DNA of 64,000 nucleotides from assembly GCA_963850305.1 (NCBI GenBank), contig CAWKKR010000007.1, forward strand, positions 256,001 to 320,000. The letters are read 5' to 3'. This DNA comes from an uncultured delta proteobacterium. Its GTDB lineage: Bacteria; Myxococcota_A; Polyangia; Polyangiales; Polyangiaceae. Shown here piece by piece: positions 8,991 through 17,591 of this stretch. The position numbers and the translations under genes are program-made. The notes below the pieces were generated by a model, which was given only the letters and a program-made list of their open reading frames with translations, was not told the DNA's origin and did not search any database. The first letter of the stretch is position 1. Each line of letters begins with the position of its first letter.

Positions 8991-10697
8991 TCAGCCCGTG
9001 ACGACCTCCAGCGGTCGCATCATCTCGTTTGCCGCGTGCTCGAGGAGGTGGCAATGCCAGACGTAGGTTCCGGCGTAGCCGTCGAATCGAACGATGATCC
9101 GCGTGATCGTTCCGGGATCGGCGCGCACCGTGTCCTTCCAGCCCGCTTCGTTCGGTTCGGGGGGGAGCGCCGCTTCGAGTAGCCGGACCGAACCCGTACG
9201 CAGGTACTCGTCGGCGTCGAAGGGCTGGCGATCGAGGATCTGGAACCTGACCAGATGCAGGTGAATGGGATGCGTGTCCTCCGTCGAGTTCACGAGCTCC
9301 CAGATCTCGGTCGAACCGAGGACGGGCTTTTCCGTCGGTTGGTCCCTGAAGCGCTTCGCGTCGAGCAACATGAGCATCTGGTGCGTCTTCGGGTCCTGAT
9401 ACTCGTTCAACGTCAGCCGGCGCGTCTTCACGGCCGCCGAGTGCTGGAGGGGGACGACCTTCCGAAGCGAGGCGGGTAAGGCCACCTGTTTGGTTCGAGC
9501 GCTCGTCACTCGAAATTGCATCAGCTCGAAGGACTGACTCGAGAGAACCACCTTCGTTCCCTCCGCTCCCGCGAAGTCCACGACCAGATCGGCGCGCTCC
9601 GCGGGCGAGAGAGTGAAGCTCCGAAGCTCTGCCGGGCCCGACAGGAGGCCCTGGTCGCTCCCGACCTGATGGAAACTTCGACGATCGGAGAGCGACAGAT
9701 AGAAGAATCGAGAATTGGACGCGTTGAGGAGCCGGAATCGGTACTTCGTCGGTGCAACCTCGAGGTACGGAAGCAATTTGCCATTGACGAGGAATGTGTC
9801 GCCGTAGACCTCCGGAACCCAGGGTGTGTCCGGGTTGCCCGATGTCGGGTAGTGGAGACTGCCGTCCGCGTCGAAGAGCCGATCACAGAGGACGACCGGG
9901 ATCTCGAATTCGTCCTTCGGGAGAGTCAGCGCGTCCTCGACCTCGTCGCGGATCAGGTAGAACCCGAAGAGACCCGCGTAATGGTTGAGACGCGCGATCC
10001 CCATCGCGTGATCGTGATACCAGAGCGTCGCGGGGTCCTGGTGGTTCGGATAGAACGACGTTGCGCTCTTTCCCGGCACGTACCAGCGCTCCGGGTGGCC
10101 GTCGCTCTCCGGCGGCACACGCCCGCCGTGTACGTGGACCACCGTGCGCACGTCCGGACGATCGTGGCCGGCGCCACAGAGCGTGTAATCGATCGGTAAG
10201 AAATGCTTCGTTGGCAGCTCGTTGACCCACTCGACGAGCAAACCCCGACCCGACCGCGCTTCGAGGGTGGGCCCCGGAAGCGTGCCGTCGTAGGTCCAGA
10301 ACTTCGTCGGCGGAAGATCGCGATGCACCTGAAGCTCGGCCTGCTTCATCGAGATCCGGTGGTACGCGACCGAGAGTCGGGGATCTTCGGGCGAGGGACG
10401 CACGCCGTCCGGCTTTCGGATCGCAGGGATCGGGAGCGGCTCGACGAAGCGCGCCAGATGCTCCGGGTGAAGCGGGTTCCGGACCGGCCCGGGGAAGGTC
10501 CGCACCGCGGCCGGGTTCCGTGGAACGCCGCACGCGGCCGCGGGCCACGCGCTCGACGCAAGCCGTCCCGTCCCGCCCGAGTTCGAAGGTGCCGCGTGCG
10601 ACCCTGAACGCCGACACATGGGTAACACCAACGGACCCGCGAGCGCGGTCACCAGGCGGGTCCCGTTGGTGATGAATCGTCTTCGGCTGATCGTCAT
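8991..10697 (-). CDS. Tat-exported multicopper oxidase (CotA/bilirubin-oxidase-like)
   Basis: SRRRF Tat motif from ATG 10697; copper motifs HVHG, WYHDH, HPIHLH, HCHLLEH. Confidence 0.92.
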   Translation of the reverse strand: MTISRRRFITNGTRLVTALAGPLVLPMCRRSGSHAAPSNSGGTGRLASSAWPAAACGVPRNPAAVRTFPGPVRNPLHPEHLARFVEPLPIPAIRKPDGVRPSPEDPRLSVAYHRISMKQAELQVHRDLPPTKFWTYDGTLPGPTLEARSGRGLLVEWVNELPTKHFLPIDYTLCGAGHDRPDVRTVVHVHGGRVPPESDGHPERWYVPGKSATSFYPNHQDPATLWYHDHAMGIARLNHYAGLFGFYLIRDEVEDALTLPKDEFEIPVVLCDRLFDADGSLHYPTSGNPDTPWVPEVYGDTFLVNGKLLPYLEVAPTKYRFRLLNASNSRFFYLSLSDRRSFHQVGSDQGLLSGPAELRSFTLSPAERADLVVDFAGAEGTKVVLSSQSFELMQFRVTSARTKQVALPASLRKVVPLQHSAAVKTRRLTLNEYQDPKTHQMLMLLDAKRFRDQPTEKPVLGSTEIWELVNSTEDTHPIHLHLVRFQILDRQPFDADEYLRTGSVRLLEAALPPEPNEAGWKDTVRADPGTITRIIVRFDGYAGTYVWHCHLLEHAANEMMRPLEVVTG

Positions 10698-10712
10698 GGA
10701 CGGAAAGCAAAA

Positions 10713-10778
10713 CGCCCCCGCGACGCTAACACGCTCGCGGAGGCGTCTCCGGTCGCTCTCTGGCGGAGAGCCGACCCT
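10713..10778. other. Two GC-rich stem-loops between phosphoesterase and oxidase genes
   Basis: CGCCCCCGCGA...TCGCGGAGGCG and GTCG-CTCTC...GAGAG-C-CGAC inverted repeats; no clear U-tract. Confidence 0.4.
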
Positions 10779-10780
10779 CC

Positions 10781-12703
10781 TCAGAAGGAGAACATATTCG
10801 TGATGGGACCGGCGATCGTGTCGAAGGAGCCGCCCGTCTGGACGCGCTTCCCGCTCAGCCAGTTGTCTTCCACGAACTTCAGGATCGAGCTCTGGTCCGT
10901 GAGCGTGTGGTCGACGAAATTCTTCTTCGCCAGGGGCGAGATGACGAGCAGGGGCATGCGGGTGCCGTAGCCGCAGCGCCCCTGCGCGGGATTTCCGTCG
11001 TTGCCGAGGAGCGGCGTGCTCGGGGCTGCGCCCGTTTGCTGCGCGCCGGAATTGCACACGCCGTTGCCGTTCAGAGCATCGACGCCGGTGATGCTCGAGG
11101 GATTGACGATCGGCGGCGCTTGATGGTCGTACCAACCGTCGGAGTCGTCGTACGCAAGGATGATGGCCGTGGAGCCCCACTCGGGACTGTCCGCGACGGC
11201 GTTGACCACGCTGACGATGAACTCCTGCTCATCGACCGGATCCGAGTAGCCCGCATGCCCGTCCTGGTACCCGGGCGCCTTGACGTAGCTGACTGCCGGG
11301 AAATTCCCGATCTTCAGCGCGTCGAAGAAGTCGTGGCTGTCGTATTGATGATTGGCGGGATCCTTCGTCACGCCGTCGTCCTCGAAGGTGTTGCCGATCG
11401 CCGCGACGGAGCTCGGTCGCGCATGCGTCAGGTTCGCCGTGGAAGCGTAGTACTGGAACGGCGCGTGGTGCGGAATGTAGTCCGGGTCGGTGTAGGGGTA
11501 GTCCGCCACCGTCGGTGCCGAGTAGCGACTGCAGCCCGTCGTTCCGTTCGGATTCGTCAGACCGAGGTCAAAACCCCCTTCGAACCAGCCCCAGCTGATC
11601 CCCTGCGCATTGAGCAGGTCGCCCACGTTCTTTCCCTGCATCACACCCTGGTCGGCTGCAGTCGAGCAGACGTCGCCGAGCGGGTCGACATCGCCGACCA
11701 TCGTGTAACCGCCGTTGCCGTCGGGGACGACGTGGCCGAGGTTCGTGGACGGCGGGCTCTTGTTCGGATTGACGAAGCCGTTCGTCTGGCCGCTGATCAG
11801 ATTGATCGCGCCCGGCGTGGACGGCCCGAACGTGGTCGTCCACGAGTTGTCGTTCATGGCGTAGTTCTGCGCGTAGTTCCATATCGCGGTGACGGTGTTG
11901 CCGTCGAAGAACGCCATCACGAGGCCGGTCGTTGCGCCGGCTGGCGGCGAGCCCGGGGGCGGACCCTTCGTTCCGGTGTAGAGCGGGAACAGGTCCATCG
12001 CCCCGTTGTCCGATGCCTCTTGCTCCGGCATGTAGTTGTGGCCCTGGTCCGCGGTCGCTGCCTGCGCGGGGCCGAGCCGGAACGGGTTCGCGCCCGCGGT
12101 CTTTGTCGTGTTGTTCGCCGTGTTGGTGAAGTTCCCGTTGTCATTGACGAGATCGACGCCCGTGACGGCCGCGAACTGGTTCGTCGGATCGAGCGGTGTG
12201 GTGAGGTTGTTCACCGCGGGCGTGCTGCTCTTCGCGGTGAAGGCGACCTCGCCGGCGTTGTTCTGCGCAACCGGATACGTTCCGAAGTAGTGGTCGTAGG
12301 AGACGTTCTCGCCGAAGATCACGACCACGTGCTTGATCGGCGTCGCCGTCGCGTACCGGGCGGCCAGGTCCGTCGTGCCCACGGCATTCACCCCCGCGTC
12401 GCCCTTGTATCCCCTGGGTCCTTGAGCGCCCTGCGCTCCTTGAGCCCCGGTTGCGCCCTGCGAGCCCGCCGGACCTTGAGCGCCCTGCGAGCCTGCCGGA
12501 CCTTGAGCGCCCTCTGCCCCCGCCGGTCCAACGCCGCCACTGGGGCCGGTCGCCCCTTGTGCACCTTGCATCCCGGAGTCGCCCTTCGGTCCCGGTGCGC
12601 CCGTTGCCCCCGGCGTGCCGTTCTTGCCGTCCGAGCCAGAGCAGGCAGCCAGAGCCAGCGCGACGACTGAAACGAGTCTAGATGGGGAGTACCGAACGTG
12701 CAT
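10781..12703 (-). CDS. Phosphoesterase-family (phospholipase C/acid phosphatase) lipoprotein with collagen-like linker
   Basis: GGAGG RBS, lipobox ALAAC, 28 Gly-X-Y triplets, then IKHVVVIFGENVSYDHYFG, GPSTPG, DGH, YDDSDGWYDH, GYGTRMPLLVISP. Confidence 0.9.
   Translation of the reverse strand: MHVRYSPSRLVSVVALALAACSGSDGKNGTPGATGAPGPKGDSGMQGAQGATGPSGGVGPAGAEGAQGPAGSQGAQGPAGSQGATGAQGAQGAQGPRGYKGDAGVNAVGTTDLAARYATATPIKHVVVIFGENVSYDHYFGTYPVAQNNAGEVAFTAKSSTPAVNNLTTPLDPTNQFAAVTGVDLVNDNGNFTNTANNTTKTAGANPFRLGPAQAATADQGHNYMPEQEASDNGAMDLFPLYTGTKGPPPGSPPAGATTGLVMAFFDGNTVTAIWNYAQNYAMNDNSWTTTFGPSTPGAINLISGQTNGFVNPNKSPPSTNLGHVVPDGNGGYTMVGDVDPLGDVCSTAADQGVMQGKNVGDLLNAQGISWGWFEGGFDLGLTNPNGTTGCSRYSAPTVADYPYTDPDYIPHHAPFQYYASTANLTHARPSSVAAIGNTFEDDGVTKDPANHQYDSHDFFDALKIGNFPAVSYVKAPGYQDGHAGYSDPVDEQEFIVSVVNAVADSPEWGSTAIILAYDDSDGWYDHQAPPIVNPSSITGVDALNGNGVCNSGAQQTGAAPSTPLLGNDGNPAQGRCGYGTRMPLLVISPLAKKNFVDHTLTDQSSILKFVEDNWLSGKRVQTGGSFDTIAGPITNMFSF
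12386..12637 (-). repeat. Collagen-like (Gly-X-Y)28 coding repeat
   Basis: GSD GKN GTP GAT GAP GPK ... GYK GDA GVN, uninterrupted. Confidence 0.92.
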
Positions 12704-13008
12704 GGGAAGCCTCCAAAGGGGGGTGAATTGCAGCGGTCCACTCGCCGCTGGCCAGGCCCACTTTGCCCAAGGAGGCACATCACATTGGCAACATCTGCGC
12801 GAAGATGTGGACACTCGTTCGTCATTGTTGCGACTACTCCAGCGCTTTCCGCGCGGCTCTCCGAAACGAGACGGAAGCCTTGGCCGTCGACCACTGGACG
12901 TCGGAGCCGTGTGACGGGAGTGAAAGGCGACCGCAACTTCTCGGCCAACTGCGCTGCGAGAGCTTGCCTAAACAGATGTATCCGACCAAAAGACTGGTCA
13001 GACACACA

Positions 13009-13716
13009 ATGGCAATCGCGGTCATCTCCGACTTGCATCTCGGTCCCGGCGACCGAACCGACGTCTTCCGACATGAAGACGGACAATTCCTCAGGTTTCT
13101 CGACTTCCTCGAGTCGAACTTCGAACGAGTCGTGCTGCTCGGGGACGTGTGGGAAACGCTGACGCCCGCCTGGCCCGGTGCGCCCGCACAAGCACTGCGC
13201 CGCAGCCGTGAAGCCCATCCGGAGATCGCGCGGCGCTTCGAACGACCGAGATACACGTACATCCACGGAAACCACGATCTGGTCGCCGGCGCGGTCGAAG
13301 ACGTACCGGAGGAGCTCATCCTGACGCACGGGACGACCAGGATGCTGTTCACCCACGGTCATCACCACGACGTCCTGATCCGGGAAGCGCGATGGTTGTC
13401 CGAGCTGGGGGTGTGGCTTGGCGGCTGGATTCTTCGTGCCGGCCTGCGATCGCTCCACCGGCTCTTCGACGCACTGGACCTGGCTCGGTCCGGAGTGGCG
13501 GTCGCGCCCGAGCACTGCACGTTCCAGCGCTGGGCTCGCTCGCTCGCCAGAACCCGCAGCGCCGATGTCGTCGTGACCGGTCACACGCACGTCCCGCTCC
13601 GCACCGAACATCGAGACGCCCTGTTCTTGAACAGTGGCTCCTGCGCCGACGGAAGATTCTCCTTTCTCAGCCTGGACCCGGGGCGCGGGGCTTACGCGGT
13701 CCATCAGGCGTGGTGA
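13009..13716 (+). CDS. Calcineurin-like metallophosphoesterase (LpxH/PlcP-like)
   Basis: SDLHLG, LLGDVWE, HGNHD, THGH, TGHTH, NSGS motifs; no signal peptide. Confidence 0.88.
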   Translation: MAIAVISDLHLGPGDRTDVFRHEDGQFLRFLDFLESNFERVVLLGDVWETLTPAWPGAPAQALRRSREAHPEIARRFERPRYTYIHGNHDLVAGAVEDVPEELILTHGTTRMLFTHGHHHDVLIREARWLSELGVWLGGWILRAGLRSLHRLFDALDLARSGVAVAPEHCTFQRWARSLARTRSADVVVTGHTHVPLRTEHRDALFLNSGSCADGRFSFLSLDPGRGAYAVHQAW

Positions 13717-13765
13717 ACGGGCCGCCCCCCATGGAAGCCATGGATCCTCGGAGGCCCGGACGGAC

Positions 13766-14905
13766 ATGACGATGTCCGCGGGTGCACTGACCGCGGGCGG
13801 AACCCTCCGTTCTCCTTCAGGCAGCTCCCGCGTGATTCTTCGAGGTGCTGGCGTCATCGCCGGAGCCGGGCTCTTCGGACTGGCTTTCCGCCAGGTGGAC
13901 GTGATGCGCGTCGCCGGGCTGATTCACGGGCTGGGCGTCTCTGCCGTACTCATCGCCGCGCCGTCGATGGCGGCGCTCACGCTCGAGACGATCGCGTGGC
14001 GAAGCGCCTTCTCGCTCGTCGGCGAGCGCGTCGCTTTCTGGGCGCTCCTGCGCGTTCGCGTGGCGAGCGAGTCGGTCGGTGCCCTGCTGCCGCTCGGGGC
14101 CCTCTGGTCGGAGGCGCTGAAACCCGCTCTGCTCGCGCGGCATTGCGAGACACCCGTCTCGGCGAACCTCGTCGGTATCGCGTCCAGAAAGTACCTCTTG
14201 CTGCTTTCGCAGGCAGGGTATCTCTTCCTCGGCTTCGCCCTCGGCCGGGGAGTGTTGCTGTCGGGCTTCCATCGTCTGGGTGGTAGCCGGGCGCTCGTGG
14301 TCGTGCCGCTCGTCGCTGCCCTGGTGCTCGGCCTGCTTTCGGAGGTGATGGCCGCGTCGCTCGGCGGTGGTCGCGCCTTCCGCGCCGTCCTTCGGACGCT
14401 CTCGACGGTGCCGTCCGAGCCCTGGCGAGCGGGCCTCGCGCGATGGTCTCGGGAGATCGCGCGCTCGGATGGGACCGCCGCGCGCTTCTTCGGCACGCCG
14501 CTCGCCGGGAGAATCGCGCGAGCGCTCCCGTGTCTCGGCGCGTGGCTCTTCGAGGCCACCGAGACGTGGTTGATGCTGCGTCTCCTCGGCTTTCGTCTCG
14601 AGTGGGGCGATGCCGTCGGCGTCGAAGCCCTCGTCATGCTCGCGCGTAACGTGCTCGTCTTTCTGCCTGGAGGACTCGGAGCTCAGGAGCTGGGCTACGC
14701 AACCTTTCTGGGCGCCGCTGGTGCAGACATGAGCGTGTGCGCCGCCTTCATGGTCCTGAAGCGCACGAGGGAACTCTGCTGGGTCGTCATCGGCGGCCTG
14801 TTACTGGCGATGGACTCCATTCGCGGGGGACGAGACCGCGCGGCGATCCGCACGCCGCACGCCGCTGCGCTCCTCGCCGCGGCATCCACGGGCCCGGTTC
14901 GCTGA
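13766..14905 (+). CDS. Lysylphosphatidylglycerol-synthase TM (UPF0104/flippase-like, HpnL-like) membrane protein
   Basis: Multi-TM; PGGLGAQE motif; KRTREL near C-terminus. Confidence 0.8.
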   Translation: MTMSAGALTAGGTLRSPSGSSRVILRGAGVIAGAGLFGLAFRQVDVMRVAGLIHGLGVSAVLIAAPSMAALTLETIAWRSAFSLVGERVAFWALLRVRVASESVGALLPLGALWSEALKPALLARHCETPVSANLVGIASRKYLLLLSQAGYLFLGFALGRGVLLSGFHRLGGSRALVVVPLVAALVLGLLSEVMAASLGGGRAFRAVLRTLSTVPSEPWRAGLARWSREIARSDGTAARFFGTPLAGRIARALPCLGAWLFEATETWLMLRLLGFRLEWGDAVGVEALVMLARNVLVFLPGGLGAQELGYATFLGAAGADMSVCAAFMVLKRTRELCWVVIGGLLLAMDSIRGGRDRAAIRTPHAAALLAAASTGPVR

Positions 14906-15001
14906 ATCGACAACTCGCGTTGCCGTTCGACCGCGAAACGTTTCGGACGCTTCACCTGCTCTTGCGCCGACCGTCACGCTCGATGGCCACGATCGGCGCT
15001 C

Positions 15002-16300
15002 ATGAGGGGTTCCCGAGTTGCGGCGCGCGCGTCCGCCATGATCCTCGCGCTCGCGGGCGTTTCAACGTGCGCGGTCGACGGGACCCGGTCTCGCTCGGGC
15101 ACCCCGCTGGCCGTCTCTGCTCCGGAACGCCGGAGTTCCGCCTCTCTGCCGGCCACGAAGGCCGGGCGCGACGTCGTCGACACCGAGCCGGCCAGCGACT
15201 CTTCTCGAACCGTCGTCCTCGTCGCGCTCGACGGTGTGCGCTGGCAAGACGTGTTCGAGGGGGTCGACGGGGCGCTCGCGGATCGCTATCACGTGCCCGC
15301 CGAGGAACGCCTCGACGCGACCCACCTGCTGCCCAATTTGAGTCGACTCATGACGACGGATGGAGCGGCGGTCGGAGCGCCTGGAGCCGGCGCTCCGATG
15401 GAAGCGTCGGGACCCAATTTCGTCTCGCTGCCGGGATACATGGAGCTTCTCACGGGTCGCAGCGACTCCGGATGCACCAGCAACGACTGCTCCCGAGTCC
15501 CGTTTTCGACCGTCGCGGAGGACGTCGTCCGCGACGGCCTGGGTACGGCTGCCATCATCACGTCCTGGGAGGAGATCGACCGCGCGGCGGCGGCGTATCC
15601 GGGTCACGTGCTCGCCACGACGGGCCGCCACGGTGGGGCCGGGCGGGCCGCGTTCCTCGCGGACCCCGCGATCTCGCACCTGATGGATCTGGGCGCGCGG
15701 GCGAGCGCGGAACCCGGCCACGACGACTTTCGTCCGGATGTCTACACGGCGGCGATCGCACGGGTGTTTCTCGCCTCGGCGAAGCCGGCGTTCCTGTTCG
15801 TCGGACTCGGCGAAACGGATGAATACGGCCATCGTGACGACTATCGAGGGTACCTTCGCGCGCTGCGCGAGGCCGATACCGAGATCGGCTACCTCGACGA
15901 GACCGTGTCGTGGCTGAACGCCACGGGACATCCGGCCACCTTGTTCGTCACCACGGACCATGGCCGCTCGAATGCCTTCACCTCGCACGGGCGCGAATAC
16001 CCGGAGTCGGCGCGCGTCTGGCTCGTGGCGTCCGGCGCCGGCATCGAGGCGCGCGGTCGGGTGACGTCGTTCCGGCGGCGACACCTTTCGGACGTGAGCC
16101 AGACCATCCGCAGCGTGATCGGCATCGACCCCATCGATTCACCTCACGCGGGGGACGTTCTTTCGGAGCTGGGGTTGGGTCCCGGGCCTTGGCCTCCGCG
16201 GCTTGCTTCGCAACCGCTCCCCCCGCGGCTCGCTGCGCGCGCGGGCCCTGAATCGGCGGGACCAAGTCAGATCCGAAACCGGACCGTGGCGGCACGGTGA
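15002..16300 (+). CDS. Exported alkaline-phosphatase-superfamily metalloenzyme
   Basis: Signal-like N-terminus; LDGVRWQ, SLPGYMELLTG, DEYGH, TTDHGR. Confidence 0.8.
   Translation: MRGSRVAARASAMILALAGVSTCAVDGTRSRSGTPLAVSAPERRSSASLPATKAGRDVVDTEPASDSSRTVVLVALDGVRWQDVFEGVDGALADRYHVPAEERLDATHLLPNLSRLMTTDGAAVGAPGAGAPMEASGPNFVSLPGYMELLTGRSDSGCTSNDCSRVPFSTVAEDVVRDGLGTAAIITSWEEIDRAAAAYPGHVLATTGRHGGAGRAAFLADPAISHLMDLGARASAEPGHDDFRPDVYTAAIARVFLASAKPAFLFVGLGETDEYGHRDDYRGYLRALREADTEIGYLDETVSWLNATGHPATLFVTTDHGRSNAFTSHGREYPESARVWLVASGAGIEARGRVTSFRRRHLSDVSQTIRSVIGIDPIDSPHAGDVLSELGLGPGPWPPRLASQPLPPRLAARAGPESAGPSQIRNRTVAAR
16184..16242 (+). repeat. Dispersed partial copy (inverted) of the 35-kb structured repeat
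   Basis: GGGCCTTGGCCTCCGCGGCTTGCTTCGCAACCGCTCCCCCCGC matches the reverse complement of the right half of the units at 35110-35385. Confidence 0.85.
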
Positions 16301-16310
16301 CGAATCGGTT

Positions 16311-16340
16311 GATTCATCACAAGTTAACCACAACGTAACG
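16311..16340 (+). promoter_or_regulatory. Possible degenerate Pho box upstream of glycosyltransferase
   Basis: TTCAT(16313), TTAAC(16324), GTAAC(16335) at 11-bp period in an AT-rich patch. Confidence 0.45.
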
Positions 16341-16382
16341 GGCGCCTTTCAGCCACGCCACTCTGCGTTGCGATGCTCGTCA

Positions 16383-17576
16383 ATGATGATTGCGGGTCTC
16401 GTAATCGTTCTGCTGGGGTTGGGGTTCGGCACTCTGTGCTTCTCTTTCGTGACGCACGCGGCCGTGTACGTCGTAAGGCGCAAGAAGTCGAAGGTGGGGT
16501 CGACGTTCCCCATCTCCGTGCTGAAACCGCTGAAGGGCGCGGACGACGCGCTCTTCGAGAATCTGTCGTCCCTCGCGCGACAGGATTACCCCTCGTTCGA
16601 GCTCGTGCTCGGCTGCGAGGACGCCTCGGATCCGGCTCTCGCGGTGGCCAGACGCGTGGCCGCGGCGTTCCCGGAGGTTCCGATGACGATCGTCGCCGGT
16701 GGCCGCCCGCTCGGGCGGAACCCGAAGGTGAACAATTTACGGCACCTCTCGCGGGCCGCACGGTTCGAGCACTTGCTCATCTCGGATGCGGACGTCCGCG
16801 TCGGCCCGGAGTACCTTCGCGCAATTGCCGCCGAGATGGCGGATCCGAAAGTCGGGCTCGTGTCGAACCCCATCGCCGGCGCGGGCGAACGCTCGTTCGG
16901 CTCGACGCTCGAGAACCTGCACCTCAACACGTTCGTTGCCCGCTCCGTGTGCGGCGCGGACGTCCTCGCGTCGCACCCCTGTGTGATCGGCAAATCGATG
17001 CTCTTCCGTCGCGGCGATCTCGAGCGGCTCGGCGGCTGGGACGTCGTCAAGAACGTGCTCGCGGAGGACTACGTTCTCGGGCAAGCATTCCGCGACGCGG
17101 GGCACGCGGTTGCGCTCTCGCCGTACGTCATCACCGCGATGAGCTCATCGCGCAGCTTCCGTGAGTTTCTGAGCCGGCACATCCGCTGGAGCCAGATGCG
17201 ACGCCACCTCGCGGGCGCGCTGTACTGGGGAGAGCCGTTGATGCTTCCGTCGGCGTGGTTCGTCGCCGCGCTCGTGTTGCTCTCCGCTGGCGGGTTCGGC
17301 GCGCACGTGGCGCGTCTGATCGAGCTCGGCGCCATCGCGGGCATCGCGGTGCAATCGGTCGCCGACGCCTGGCTCGTCAAGATCCTTCGCGGGGAAGGCA
17401 TCGAGCTCAAGGAGTGGCTGCTCGTGCCGCTTCGCGACGTCGTGATGATCGGCGTCTGGATCACGGGCGCGCTCCGGCGCACCGTGAACTGGCGTGGCAA
17501 CGTCTTTTACATCGGACCCGGTTCGACTCTCTTGCCGACCGAGGAGCCGGCGGACGCCCAGGCCGTCGAGGTCTGA
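16383..17576 (+). CDS. Ceramide glucosyltransferase/HpnI-like GT21-GT2 glycosyltransferase
   Basis: N-terminal TM, SVLKPLKG, NPKVNNL, ISDAD, LAEDY, RHIRW, C-terminal WRG. Confidence 0.88.
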   Translation: MMIAGLVIVLLGLGFGTLCFSFVTHAAVYVVRRKKSKVGSTFPISVLKPLKGADDALFENLSSLARQDYPSFELVLGCEDASDPALAVARRVAAAFPEVPMTIVAGGRPLGRNPKVNNLRHLSRAARFEHLLISDADVRVGPEYLRAIAAEMADPKVGLVSNPIAGAGERSFGSTLENLHLNTFVARSVCGADVLASHPCVIGKSMLFRRGDLERLGGWDVVKNVLAEDYVLGQAFRDAGHAVALSPYVITAMSSSRSFREFLSRHIRWSQMRRHLAGALYWGEPLMLPSAWFVAALVLLSAGGFGAHVARLIELGAIAGIAVQSVADAWLVKILRGEGIELKEWLLVPLRDVVMIGVWITGALRRTVNWRGNVFYIGPGSTLLPTEEPADAQAVEV

Positions 17577-17591
17577 CCCCGGAGGTCGGAT

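Noticed and set aside
12909..12926. Pho box on the minus strand (TTCAC...GTCAC)
   Set aside because: Half-sites are 9 bp apart, not 11.
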